Positions 12,656-27,306 of a stretch of 64,000 nucleotides of DNA are shown here, piece by piece (position 1 is the first letter of the stretch; the number at the start of each line of letters is the position of its first letter). The notes beneath the pieces were generated by a model, which was given only the letters and a program-made list of their open reading frames with translations, ran no database searches and was not told the DNA's origin. A program made the position numbers and the translations under genes. This DNA comes from Octopus sinensis (Eukaryota): positions 34,720,001 to 34,784,000 of the forward strand of contig NC_043007.1 in the NCBI RefSeq assembly GCF_006345805.1, read 5' to 3'.

Positions 12656-12876
12656 ATATGTGTAAATGTATATTTGTTTGTGTGTGTATGCGTCTTTGTG
12701 GTATATACATACATACATACATATATATATATATATTATATATATATATATATATATAAAGGTTTTTTATTTTTCATCTACTTCGAAATTTGCTATTAAA
12801 TTGTGGTTTTTGGCCGTGTTGGCTGCTATTTCTAGCATGTAAAAATTATCTGTTAAAGGGTAATTTTCTATATTGA

Positions 12877-12909
<33 letters not shown>

Positions 12910-13740
12910 TCTTCAAACATACTTCATTACTAGAGTGAACTACCTATTGACTATCCTCCTCTCTCATAACAACTCCATGTTTTCTTCCATTTCTTTCTCG
13001 TAGAGAAGTCAGTTGTTGTTGTTGTTGTTGTTGTTGTTGCTCACCTCCAGGTCAGCCTTGATAAAGCTGATATGTAATCAAAGACTTTCCTGTTGTGATC
13101 ATTCCGTCTCTTTGCCCGTCGGTGACTATATTATCCCATGTACCCTCCTTTGGTTAGAACGGAATGGTATTCAAAGCAGAGAAGCTGCAGGTACATAAGA
13201 GGCCGTCCACAAATACATTCCTTTCCAATGATTTTTAAAAGGAATGTTTACCTCTGGCAAGCCAGCTGTCTTCTATGGCTATTCATAATTTTTCATTTCT
13301 GCCGTCTCAAACAGAATCTCCGGCTTTTCATACTTGCACTTGGTGGAAGAATTTATGGGAATAATTCGCCAAAATTCATTGTGTTGATATGTATGTGCGT
13401 ATTTAATCGCAAGGACACTTTTCTTCATTTGTCCAATAGCAATCTTTCCTGCTGATAGCATTGTATATTGCTTAACAACAACAACAATATCATGCCACAT
13501 TTGAAGATAGTACATTTGGGAAGACGCTGATCACGCGTAATATCTTTCACAGAAATGTTGCATCCTGAGAGTTTAAGGGATTTTCTGTGCTTTGGAATTT
13601 TTTTTTTTTTTTTGTTAAATAATTTTGCACGTATTTCTTGCTCAAGGATTGCAAAAGATAAGGGCAAAAAAGCATAGAATTCATATTTTTTTTTAATTTA
13701 GCTTTGTTTACTTATGAAATGAGACATTATGTTACATTCA
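11700..13740. repeat. Old diverged tandem duplication (copy 1 about 11700-12290, copy 2 about 12290-13740)
   Basis: Five colinear shared landmarks, e.g. TCGAGAGAAAA, CCAATAATTTCAATTT, TTGACTATCCTC, ATAGAATTCATATTTTT, GAAATGAGACATT. Confidence 0.65.
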
Positions 13741-13819
13741 AGATGTGCTGTGTTGCAATAGTTACAGGTCTCAGAAAAGCTTTATTCTGTATTAATATAA
13801 TTATTCTTCCTTGCATGAC

Positions 13820-13985
13820 GGCAAGCTGACGGAATCGTTAGCACACCGAGCAAAAATTTTATCGGTATTTCATCCGTTTTTACGTCCTGAGTTCAAATTC
13901 CGCCGGTATTGGTTTTGCCTTTCGTCCTTTCAGGGTCGATAAAATAAGTAATAGTTAAGCACTGGAGTCGATGTAATTGACAGTG
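13820..13985 (+). mobile_element. CORE-SINE family B, diverged
   Basis: Matches family B head and CORE block. Confidence 0.75.
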
Positions 13986-14067
13986 ACCCTCCCACGAAGC
14001 TGCTGGCCTTATTGTTCTCTGTATATTTACACGAAAACATGTCAATATATGCGTACGCATGTCCTGT

Positions 14068-14355
14068 GGAGGTACATGGCCTAGTGGTTAGAGCAGCGGA
14101 CTCGCGGTCGAGGGATCGCGGGTTCGAATCTCAGACCAGGCGATGTGTGTGTTTATGAGCAAAACACCTAAGCTCCACGCGGCTCCGGCAGAAGGTAATG
14201 GTGAACTTCTGTTGATTTTCGCCACAACTTTCTCTCACTCTTTCCTCCTGCATGTTGCAGCTCACCTGCGACGGACCAGCGTCCCGTCCAGGTGGGAAAC
14301 CTATACGCCAAGGAAATCAGGAAACCGGCCCTTATGAGCCAGGCGTGGCTCGAGA
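14068..14355 (+). mobile_element. tRNA-headed SINE, family A variant
   Basis: GGAGGTACATGGCCTAGTGGTTAGAGCAGCGGACTCGCGG head. Confidence 0.85.
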
Positions 14356-15319
14356 AGCAACAAATATATAAAAAAAATATGCATGTCCTAAGAATGACTT
14401 AAGCTCCATTCGGTAGCGGGGGCCCTGATTCGAGAATTCCGGGGTTTTGAGGATTATAGAATTATCTCTTAGCCACTATTGTTCCTAGGTCAACTCTGAC
14501 CAGGAGTAGTCACACTTGTCAGAGTTCCAGCAATGGGTTAACTAGCATGTATGTTGACAATTCCGTTCGAGCGTAGGGATGCAGAAATAGTCTTGGTTGC
14601 AATCAGGGCGCACAATAAAACCACCAGGAGTGAAGGTTTCCTAGCCGTGTTGTCACAGTATCCTTTTAGGAGAGAAATACTCTGATGTAAAACCTATGGT
14701 TTTGCGTGATAACTTGGTCATCTCGCTTCTTCCTGTAACCAGGATCAGATCACGGAGATTCAGTGGGTGGTACTCGTGTTGTATAAGCGTTTATCACTTT
14801 TCTACTTAGTGCTAGTGTCTACAAAGAACTAGTGTCTTTATTATTTATATAAAAATCTCTGTTGCTGCATAATATATATAATTTGTCAGCTTTACGTGCG
14901 AAAATTAACATGTAGCCATAAATTATGTATATCAGAATATCATTGTAAAATTCGATATTTCTGATGAAAAATGAAATTCATGAATTTAAATAAATTATAA
15001 ATATTTACGACAAAAAAATTTTGATACAAAGTTAAGCAACGTGCTGTTTATATAAACACTAATTTCGATCGAAAAAGAGAAAAAAAACAAATTCTGATTT
15101 TTAATGGCAAGACTCGAACCAAACATCTACGACTTACCAGGTATTCTTTTACCAACGGTGCAATATTGTGAGTTTGCTTAATAGCGCAATTTGAAAAAGA
15201 CACAGATGTCTTGTAAGTGAATGTGTTACTCTCCACCTATAATTTATCATGCCCCTCAGCAGTGTGGAATTGTCAAGACTGCTACTTTCGATGAAAATTA
15301 ATACCACCAATATGAATAT

Positions 15320-15800
<481 letters not shown>

Positions 15801-16100
15801 TATGTATGTAATATATATACAAGTACACGCAAGTACACATAAGCACACACAGACACACTTATGTATTATACACTCAGACATACGTGGGCCGGGAGTATAT
15901 ATATCAAACATTTGTACAAGCAATGAACAAGAAATTATGAAGTGTCTTTATTGTTTTGACAAGCAAAATAAATAAAAAACAAAAGGGGAAAAAAAAACCA
16001 ACGAACAAAACAAAACAAATCAAACCAGGAAAGTAAGAAAACCACCAAAATACTGTTTGCTAAGAATTGTACTTTAGATTGAAGAAAGTATAGTTCACGT

Positions 16101-16510
16101 AGGAGTGGCTGAGTGGTAAGTAGCTTGCTTACCAACCACATGGTTCCGGGTTCAGTCCCACTTCGTGGCACCTTGGGCAAGTGTCTTCTACTATAGCCTC
16201 GGGCCGACCAAAGCCTTGTGAGTGGATTTGCTAGACGGAAACTGAAAGAAGCCCGACGTATATATGTATATATGTATGTGTGTGTATATGTTTGTGTGTC
16301 TGTGTTTGTCCCCCCAACATCACTTGACAACCGATGCTGGTGTGTTTACGTCCCCGTAACTTAGCGGTTCGGCAAAAAGAAGACCGATAGAATAAGTACT
16401 AGGCTTAGAAAGAATAAGCTCTGGGGTCGATTTGCTTGACTAAAGGCGGTGCTCCAGCATGGCCGCAGTCAAATGACTGAAATAAGTAAAAGGGAGTAAA
16501 GAGAGAGTAA
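16101..16510 (+). mobile_element. SINE family C, full length with internal microsatellite
   Basis: tRNA-like head, (AT/GT)n spacer, tail ending GAAACAAGTAAAAGAG-like. Confidence 0.9.
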
Positions 16511-17124
16511 AGAGTCTGTCTAGCGAGTCTTTTATTACTCGGGGAGAAGTACAAAACCAGTGGTTCTTGTCCCCGAGAAATGCGGGAGGGAGAGAGAGGA
16601 GAACGTTGGAAGCTATTAACGAACCAGAGATCATGCGTGAATGCTCGCAAGAAAGAGGATTCCACTATAAGCATCCGTGGAACAGGCCGTGGTGTTAAAT
16701 TGAACGATTCGTTTACGTCTGTTGCCCAAGTAGGCGACCTAATCTAGCAAAACACACAGAAAACTAGACGTAGCTGAAGAGTTTCAATGTCTTCGAAACG
16801 AGCGCAGAATTATATCCCCTGTTTGCCGTACAGGTAAGATTAAAATAGTATTAGCCATTGAACTAAGGTGATTTTTCCCCTATGTTCCACAAGTATTAAT
16901 TGATTACAATGTTTTTCACCCACAGTATAATGTAGCATGATGACAGGAATTACATAGTAGGATCTGATTTGGACTACAGAATTAATTATATGCCTGTATT
17001 CGTCCCGATTTTTCTGTACAAACATATTTGGCTTAGATCCATGACTCTCACAAAAAAAACAATAATTACCACTTTTCCATTGAATTGCTTCCTGTGTATA
17101 TATACCTATCTTTCCCTCTATCTG

Positions 17125-17156
<32 letters not shown>

Positions 17157-17164
17157 TATTTATT

Positions 17165-17232
<68 letters not shown>

Positions 17233-17513
17233 TGGCATTCGATCATATAATAATATAAATATATGCATATATACATACATAGATGTACAAACCTATATAT
17301 ATATATATATGTATGTATACATGCATATATGGCTACAGGACATAAAAAGAACGTAGACGGAATGAGAAATGAGAACATAAAAAACAAAAAGAAAACGATC
17401 TTTTTTTTTCGAACAACGAAAAAAACAAACAGAGAAACGAGACATGCAGCATAAAGAACGTTTCCTTCATCAGTCGTCCCCTGTTTTATCTACTCCGCGT
17501 TTCGAAGGTAAGG

Positions 17514-17559
<46 letters not shown>

Positions 17560-17562
17560 TAT

Positions 17563-17956
17563 ATAGTACAGTATCGCCCGGCGTTACTCGGGTTTGTAAG
17601 GGAAATAATATATAAGCATTTTTAGAGATGTAAAGTATAATAGCCATCTCAATATGGCTAACCACAAAGGGGGAGGGGTGTTACTGTAGCTTTTTACGTT
17701 CTGAGATTTAATAATAAACTTTAGAGAGTTACTTCCCTTATATATGTCAAAAATGGATTAAAAATGGGAAAAATTGATGGTAAATTTTTTTAAAATCGTA
17801 GACTCATCGTAGACGCGCGCTAATACCCAGACGGTCTCGATATGAATCACGACTATAAGATACCGGTTTTGGTTAAACTGCACCGCAAAATGTGGGAGTA
17901 GTTAGGAATCTAAATCGTAGGAGACAGACACACAACCTCACTTTTATATATAAAGA
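17563..17956 (-). mobile_element. Non-autonomous Helitron-like element
   Basis: 5' TC after A (TCTTTATATATAAAAG), 3' hairpin CCCGAGTAACGCCGGG; same termini as 48034-48417. Confidence 0.65.
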
Positions 17957-18124
17957 TTTCCTCTATTTACATAATATTGAGGTCTCTTTCTTTCTTTTGT
18001 TATCTTACTGTTTTTACCAATATACAACTATATATATATATATATATAAATATATATATAGTTACAGAGATGTACTCGCATAGCAAGTGACTTGATCTGA
18101 GATCGTGTGCTGGAACGAAAACAG

Positions 18125-18383
18125 TTGCAGCGTTGAAGGTGTTTATAAGCCATTTAAGAAACACACAAAAACCGTTAGATTCACTTCAACATTTAAATTT
18201 AATTTGTCAAAATATTTTCGTCGCTTTGAGACCGCGACCTGTTAGCACGATATTTTTGTCAGTGAACAGGTCGCGGTCTCAAAGCGACGAAAATATTTTG
18301 GCAAATTAAATTTAAATGTTGAAGTGAATGTAACGGTTTTTGTGTGTTTCTTAAATGGCTTACAAACACCTTCCAGGCTGCAA
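18125..18383. repeat. Near-perfect fold-back, about 119-bp arms and 21-nt spacer
   Basis: 18125-18243 is the reverse complement of 18265-18383. Confidence 0.9.
18255..18305 (+). ncRNA. Minimal type I hammerhead ribozyme, G3:C8 variant
   Basis: TTTGTCA-GTGAACA-G-GTCGC(9 nt)GCGAC-GAAA-ATATTT-TGGCAAA: 7-bp stem I, 5-bp stem II, palindromic AATATT stem III, UUU triplet. Confidence 0.65.
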
Positions 18384-18724
18384 TATATATATACACACAC
18401 ATATATATATATGTATGTATGTATGTGTGTATATGTGTATGCATGTATGTGTGTGTGTGTGCGTGTCTGTGCTTGTGATTGTCCTCCACCACTGCTTGAC
18501 AACGAATGTTGGTTTGTTTACATCCCTGTCACCTAGTGGTTTGACAAAGGAAACAGATAGAATAAGTACAATGCTTACAAAAATAAAAAGTGGAGTTGAT
18601 TCATTAAACTACAATTCTTCAAGGCATTGCCCCAGCATGGCCACAGACCAATGGCTGGAAAAAGCAGAAGAATAAAAGAATACATTCTCTGCTTTGGTCT
18701 TATGTTCAAGGCATGAGAAGCCTA

Positions 18725-19205
18725 ACAGACCTGGTAGAAACAGCAGCCAAATCTCCCTCAAATCACACCTTACTGTCTTATGTATGTATATATATATGAG
18801 CCAATGAGGGGGACCTCTACATGGTAGCTAGACCTGGTAGAAATAGCAGCCAAATTTCCCCCAAATCACACCTTACTGTCTTATCTATGTATATATGTAT
18901 GTATGAGCCTATGAGGGAGACCCCTACATGGCAGCTAGACCTGGTAGAATAGCAGCCAAATTTCCCCCAAATCACACCTTACTGTCTTATCTATGTATAT
19001 ATGTATGTATGAGCCTATGAGGGAGACCCCTACATGGCAGCTAGACCTGGTAGAAATAGCAGCCAAATTTCCCCCAAATCACACCTTACTGTCTTATCTA
19101 TGTATATATGTATGTATGAGCCTATGAGGGAGACCCCTACATGGCAGCTAGACATGGTAGAAATAGCAGCCAAATCTCCCTCAAATCACACCTTACTGTC
19201 TTATC
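18725..19205 (+). repeat. Minisatellite, about 106-bp unit, five copies of the core
   Basis: GAC(C/A)TGGTAGA recurs at 18728, 18831, 18938, 19044, 19151. Confidence 0.9.
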
Positions 19206-20023
19206 TTTCTGCTACTTGGATATAGGTGTTATATTCGTCGTAAAAAACTTTCCTGTCACACACTCACGCACACGCACACACACACACACACACACACACG
19301 CACCCTCACACACACACACACACGCGCACACCCACACACACGCACGTTAGCTTACAATTTTATTTATATATTTGCGTGTCTATGTGTTGAAAGAGGAAGT
19401 GGGAGGCAGAGTGAAAGAATCACTCACTACAGTAAGTCAATTACTTTCATTTTATTCGTTGCCCACTGTGTGTGTGCGTTTGCGTGTGCTGTAAACCAGA
19501 CTAAGAAAAGCATTTGACACGCACACCAGAATGTGAGTTTTCTGTAAATTTTGCTTAATTGGAGTTTAAATTTTAAAAACTGGACCTGGCATGACGCGAT
19601 GCATTGTACTCTTAAAAATGCAAGGTAAATTGTAATTGAAGAAATCCTATATTGTAGATTTGTATAACTCCCAAAGGGAGGCAGATAAAATCTGCCTTTT
19701 ATAATAAGAGATATATATATATATAATTTTTTTTAATATTCTCAATTCACCGAGGACCTGAGGTAGGTTAATTTACTACAACAGCTATATTGTTCAAAAT
19801 TGTATAAAAAAAATAAAAACAAACAAAAAGAAAAAACAAAGCAGAAAACACAGGCAGATGGGAAAAAAATAAAGTGTATTAGTTTGACGCTCAGGAAAAA
19901 ATAGAAGAGTCTTTGATGTTTCGAGCTGACGCACTTCTACAGAAAGGAATGCGGAAAAGAATATGCTGACAAACTTCGTGCAAGTTTATTATTTAATATT
20001 ACAATAACAGATAACTCTGATAA

Positions 20024-20108
20024 ACTTCCTGTTGTGTTAAGATATACCTCATTGGTATGTCAGAGAGATCTGGCGTTACGTGTAAGTTATCTGTTCACCG
20101 CCATTTTG
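20024..20108. promoter_or_regulatory. Possible promoter motif cluster (ETS, CCAAT, YY1)
   Basis: ACTTCCTG 20024-20031, ATTGG 20051-20055, CCGCCATTTTG 20098-20108 in non-repeat DNA. Confidence 0.3.
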
Positions 20109-20559
20109 GACATCCTTTTAAGCATGTTCTTTTCTTTAATGGTTTGCCAACTTTGATTCTTGAGATTATATCCCCTTTTCGTATGGAGCTGGTGTTAATC
20201 GCCTTTTAATAATTATGACACACCCTCCAAAGTTGGAAACGATTGTAATAAATCAAGAATTTATGTTGTGTGGTATTTGAAATACTCGCACTAGTCATTA
20301 TTGTTAGGTATTACTATTGTGAAGGTATGTGGTTTAATAGAGGGGTTGCTGAGCTTATGATTCTAAAATCGTAGGTTCAATTCCTGGACGAGATGGTGAC
20401 TTATGTTCTTAAGCAAGGCATCTCATTTCACGTTGCTCATGCCAACTCAGCTGGCGAGTACTACAAGACGAGTACTACCGTGGCCCTTTCTCTCACCCTG
20501 ACATATCAGAGATGTGATAGTTGAAAGAAATAGACACACTAGTCACTACAAAAATGAAA

Positions 20560-21748
20560 ACGAAATTTGAGGAGTACATCAGAAGCGTGAGGAAGCTAAT
20601 GAAGTCAACATTAAATGGTCCGAATCTAGAGAAGGATGTAAATATTTTGGCAATATCATTACTTAGATACTCATCAGCTTTTATAGATTGAACAAAAACT
20701 GAATTAGCAAAGCTTGACTGAAGAACTAAGAAGGAATTCAATATAAATGGAGGACTCCGCCCAAAGGCAGGAGTAGCAAGATTATACATACCTAGAAAGG
20801 AAGGCGAAAGAGGGTTAATATCAGTAGAAGACTGGAGTTAGCTAGAGTAGATATAGAATCCTATGTAGGTAATAGTGAAGAAAGTTTATTAAAAACTGCT
20901 AGTGTTACAGCAAGACGTAGAGAAACCAAAAACCCCAACGAAGTTAAAATAAAACAAAAAAAAAGAACAGAAACTATCTGTCTGACAAGAGAAGGCGTTG
21001 CATGGTAGATTCCGAAAGATATTTACAGCAAATAATAGTTGTGAGACATGACTATAGTTGCTGAGAGGAAAGCTGAAAAGGGAGACAGAGAGTTTGTTAG
21101 TAGCTGCACAAGATAAAGTATTTAGGACTAATTAGATAAAAGCCAAGATAGAGAAACACCAAGTAGATTCCCAATGTAGATTATGCAAATCAAAAGAGGA
21201 AAGCGTTACTCGTATAGTAAGTGAATGTGGCACGCTGGCACAGAAAGAATACAATAAAAGACATGACAATCTAGGGGGAGTAATCCGCTGGGAGCTTTGT
21301 AGAATACTTGGATTTGGACATATTAATAAATGGTATGAACACGAACCGAGTAAAGTGCTAGAAAGTAAGAAATACAAGATGTGGGACTGACAGAGTAATA
21401 GATGCTAGAATGCCTGATTCAGTAGTTGTAGATAAAGAGAACAGAAAGTGCCAGATAATTGACTTTAAAGTCTCACATGATGAAAGAATCAATATGAGAG
21501 GTACAGAAAAAAATAACAAAGTACCAGGACCTAGCCATTGAAGTACAGAGACTATGGAAAATGCGGGTAGATCTGAACAGATGGATAGAGGAAATAGGTA
21601 TAAACCCCAATTTAGTACAGCTGCAGAAAACAGTGTTATTAAGGGACAACAAGAACACTTAGAAAGGTTCTTGGCATCTAAGGTTACTTGTTATAGCCAG
21701 ATGTTAGGATTTTTTTTCTTTTCCAACAGTCTAATCTGTTGTGTGTAC

Positions 21749-21843
<95 letters not shown>

Positions 21844-21845
21844 AA
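20560..21845 (+). mobile_element. 5'-truncated, decayed R4/Dong-like LINE
   Basis: EYIRSVRKLMKS...RLYIPRKEGERGLISVED, zinc knuckle CRLCK..E......EC, RLE remnants; many stops; ends at (AAT)n(GAT)n. Confidence 0.85.
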
Positions 21846-22599
21846 CTTATTTATTTACTGATGTCTTCTAATTTCATTCAGAAGATACACGGGAGAAAGG
21901 AAAGAAAAAAAGAAAACGAAGAAGGAGAAAGAATAAGAAGAGACAATGTTAGTCAATATTTTTGGAATCCACGATAGAGTTGGCAAGAGTTCTACGTCTG
22001 ATCAAAGACAAAGAAAGGATTTTTTTTTTATTCTTTCAAATATTCTTGCAACTTGCTTTATAAAAGAATTTTATTTATCCGATACTAGTAAAGTACTGCT
22101 AGAAATAGCAGCCAAAGTTCCGTCAAATGAGACCAGACTCGAGCAAGGTCATATTGGACAATGAAGTCCTTGATACGCTATGTTGGGGAGGCGTGCGGTT
22201 TAGTGGTTAGGGTGTTGGATTCATGATCGTAAGATTGTGGTTTCGATTCCTGTGTTCAGAAAAATATTTAATTCACGTTGTTCCAGTCTATTCAACTGAC
22301 AAAAGTGTGTATTCTTGCAACGGACTGGCATCCCATCTAGGGAGTGAGAGTGGGAATTTACACTCCACCGAAACCGGGAAAGCGGCCTGATGCGTCTATA
22401 AGATACGGAATGAAACAGAATGGACTATACTGTAAAAAGAAAAAAAAATGCAGTCGAAATGGTCACAGTTTGGAATGTCGTTGATCATAGCAACAAAAGC
22501 AACAACATGATGTTTCTATAGAAACCAAAATGGTTAACATATTCGTAGAGAACTTTAGTATTTGTCCAATAACAAATAACATGTTTTTGTTTGTTTGTT

Positions 22600-23114
22600 T
22601 TTTCTTTCCTTCAAAACTGAGAAAGCTCCTTATGACATCGCTCGCTCTGCTGTTTCTAAAATGGTTAACATTGCCTCCTCATTGATATGACTGTCCCAAT
22701 CGATTTAAACGTATCTGTCAAGACCTACCAAAAACTGAGCAAGTATAAAGATCTTGAAATAGAAATTAGCAAAATATGGAACCTGAGGACTAAAACAATA
22801 CCTGTTGTCATAGGTGCCCTAGGAAGAGGCTGATTGCTACCTAGCTCAGATACCAGGAAACCCCCAAAATGGCAGAAATTCAAAAGATAGTGCTCGTGGA
22901 AACTGCCCATATCCTACGTAAAATACTGTCTATGTAATCTCAAATTTTAAAACAAACACATAATTTTCTTATGGTTTCTTAAACATTCTCCAGAACAACA
23001 CTATGTACAAAACAAAATATATGACACCCTAGAATAACACCAACATGAACTTCTAACTTGTTGTCTCTTGAGGTCACTGGATGAGACTTGGAGCAAAGCA
23101 AAAGTTAAACATAA

Positions 23115-23184
<70 letters not shown>

Positions 23185-23490
23185 TCTATGTAATCTCAAG
23201 GTTTAAAACAAACATAATTTTCGGTTTAAAAAAAAAAAAATTTTTTTTTAGACATTCATTAGTACAACACAAAAAACTCCCCCCCCCATATATGGCACAC
23301 TAGGCATAACGACAACATGAACTTCCAACCTGTTGTCTTTTGAGGTCTCTGGGTGAGACTTGGAGCCAACTTGTACAAATATAAAGCAAAAGTCAAACAT
23401 AGAATAATAATAATAATAATAATAATATAATAATAATAATAATAATAATAAATAATAATAATAATTTAATAATAATAACAACAACAACAA
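22600..23490 (+). mobile_element. Two tandem R4/Dong-like 3' ends, each ending in (AAT)n
   Basis: K..KYKDLEIEISKIWNLRTKTIPVVIGALG; 3' UTR repeated at about 22930-23110 and 23185-23400. Confidence 0.8.
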
Positions 23491-23662
23491 CAACAACAAC
23501 AATTTTGGCACAATGTCAGTAAATTCGAGGCAGAGGGCAAGTTTATTATATTGACCCCAGTACTCAATTGCAATTTATCTTCTCGACCGCGAAAGGATGA
23601 AGAGCAAAGTCAATGTCGGCGGAATTCGAACTCAGAACATAAAAATGGACGAAATACTGCGA

Positions 23663-24595
<933 letters not shown>

Positions 24596-25284
24596 ATTCT
24601 GTAAGATGGCCGCCTTAACCACGGTATCTCTGACAGAAGCAACATCAACAACAACAACAACAGCAGCAGCAACCACAGCAACATGAAGAAAGAAAAACTA
24701 CAGCAGTAAAGATAGTGGCGAACAAAAGCAAGAACAACAACAGTAACCACATCATCACCACCCCACCCCACCTCCACCCCCACCGCCACCACCACCACCA
24801 ACAACAACAACATCTACTAATGAATAAAGTACAGATAGTATCAACATCTGTTGGTTCGAATCTTTGTGTCCAGTGACGTGTTCGCATCACGTGATCTCGG
24901 TTCAAGCCAGAAGCCGAGACTGTCTGAATACTAATTAAAAGTACATTTCGATGACCTGTTCAGCATAAAATAATTAAGTCGCCACATAAGTGTGCGTGCG
25001 TGTGTGTGTGTGTGAATAAGAGAGAGTAGTGAGTGAGAGTGCGTGCGTGCGTGCGTGCGTGCGTGTGTGCGTGCTTGTGTGTGTGAGTCTGTGTATGCGT
25101 GTGTCTATGGACGCCTTCATTTTGATATTTCCATGACATTCATACATACATACATACATACATACATACATACATACATACATACATACATACATACATG
25201 CATGCATACATATATATGTATATATGAATATATATGTGTGTATGTATATACACTTTATGACATTTATATTACTACATACATATA

Positions 25285-26159
25285 TAGGAGGTCTTATCAA
25301 TAAGTATCCGGGTTGCTGCCATAGTAACGAAGCTAAAGCACGCAGAGTAAAGCCGCTTGGTAAAGATAGGCCTTCAATTCTGTTATGCATGCGCACAAAG
25401 TTTTAACTTTGTAGCTCACTTCCGCTGTTTACAGCAATGCTTGGAAGGAAGGTGTGTAACGTGTAACGTTGAAAGCTGTCATGGCGACACCTGCTCAGAG
25501 GCCTACGCAAGGTTGCAGAAAGTGTATGGAGGGGATTGTATGAACCGCACACAAGTGTACAAATGGTTCAAACATTTCTAAGATGGCCGAAAAAAATATT
25601 AGTATTGACGAACGTTCTGGGAGACCCGCAACCAGCAGAACTAAGAAAAATATCGCAGATGTGCATGCAGCTGTGAGGGAAATGTCGAATCACCATCCAT
25701 GTGTTATCAGAGGATGTACAGATTAGTTACGGTTCAGTTCAGTCCATTATACTGAAGATTTAGGTACGAGACTCGTGTCTGCCAAGTTTGGGTCAAAACT
25801 ACTTTCAGCTGACCAAAAAGACACTCGGCTTTCAGTTGCACAAGATCTCCTTGATTGTGTGGAAAACAATGAAAATTTTTTGAAAACTTTGTAGGTCTCT
25901 GAGCAGGTATCACCAAGCTTTTGACAAAATTTGATGCAGATTCTCTGCTCAACTTTCTCTCTATTGTGATTCATGCTACGATCACACACTACACATGTTC
26001 CTTCCAAGCACTGCTGTAAACAGCGGAAGTGAGCTACAAAGTTAAAATTTAGTGCGCATGCACAACAGAGTCCAAGGTCAATTTGTACCATGCGGCTTCA
26101 TTCTCCGTGCTTTAGCTTAATTATTATGGCAACAGTCCGGTCACTTATTGATCAGACTG
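25285..26159. mobile_element. Mariner derivative built from two inverted left ends
   Basis: Plus-strand transposase N-terminus (CSEAYARLQKVYG..RTQVYKWFK..DERSGRP) to about 25890, then an inverted related 5' end (EQRICIKFCQKLGDTCSETY). Confidence 0.8.
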
Positions 26160-26318
26160 TGACAAGCAGTGTTTAGTGGGGTGTGTTCAGAATGCTGTTT
26201 CAACTGTTTCCTTCAATCTGGAATAACAAAAGTTGTCAGGTCAACTTATTAGATGTATAGCAATGATATACGAAACTTAAAACAATTCGCGACAGTCATA
26301 AACTGCCTCTTCTAAAAC

Positions 26319-26517
26319 AGGAGTGGCTGTGTGGTAAGTAGCTTGTTTACCAACCACATGGTTCCAGGTTCAGTCCCACTGCGTGACACCTTGGGTAAGT
26401 GTCTTCTACTATAGCCTCGGGTCGACCAAAGCCTTGTGAGTGGATTTGGTAGACGGAAAGTGAAAGAAGCCCGTTGTATATATATATATATATAATATGT
26501 GTGTGTGTGTGTGTGTA

Positions 26518-26551
<34 letters not shown>

Positions 26552-26950
26552 CGCGCGTGTGTATGTGTCTGTGTTTGTCCCCCAACATCGCTTGACAACC
26601 GATGTTGGTGTGTTTACATTCCTGTAATTTAGCGGTTCGGCAAAAAGTGACCGATAGAATAAGTACTAGGCTAACTAAGAATAAGTCCTGGGGTCCATTT
26701 GTTCGACTAAAGGCGGTGCTCCAGCATGGCCGCAGTTAAATGACTGAAACAAGTAAAAGAGTAAAAAAGTAGAGTCAAATCGTCTATATTGGCGCAGGCG
26801 TAGCTGTGTAGAAGAAGCTTGCTTCCCAACCACACGGTTTCAGTTCAGTCCCACTGAGTAACACCTTGGATGAATGTCTTCTATTATAGCCTCGGGCTGA
26901 CCAAGGCTTTGTGAGTAGATTTGGTAGACGGAAATTGAATGAAGCCCGTC
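26319..26950 (+). mobile_element. SINE family C, full copy plus adjacent head
   Basis: Family C consensus, 26319-26765 and 26790-26950. Confidence 0.85.
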
Positions 26951-26951
26951 G

Positions 26952-27013
<62 letters not shown>

Positions 27014-27057
27014 GCATTGATAAAGTAGGAGATGGAATGTGTAATAGAATTTATTGG

Positions 27058-27099
27058 GTACAACACATGTTTCGACCTGTTCTGGGTCTCTTCATGTAC
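27058..27099 (-). ncRNA. Type I hammerhead motif with C3A substitution
   Basis: GTAC-ATGAAGA-GACC(CAGAACA)GGTC-GAAAC-ATGT-GTT-GTAC. Confidence 0.55.
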
Positions 27100-27212
27100 A
27101 TCAACCGCCACTACAAAGTTTCTGCAGTAAACCTACGAATAACAACAGGTAATCGAAATTTTGCCAGTGCTTTAATCATCATCCATTTATACATTGTGTA
27201 CAATTTCTCCAT

Positions 27213-27306
<94 letters not shown>

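Noticed and set aside
18725-19205. CRISPR-like regular repeats
   Set aside because: Whole units are duplicated with no unique spacers, the context is eukaryotic, and there are no cas genes
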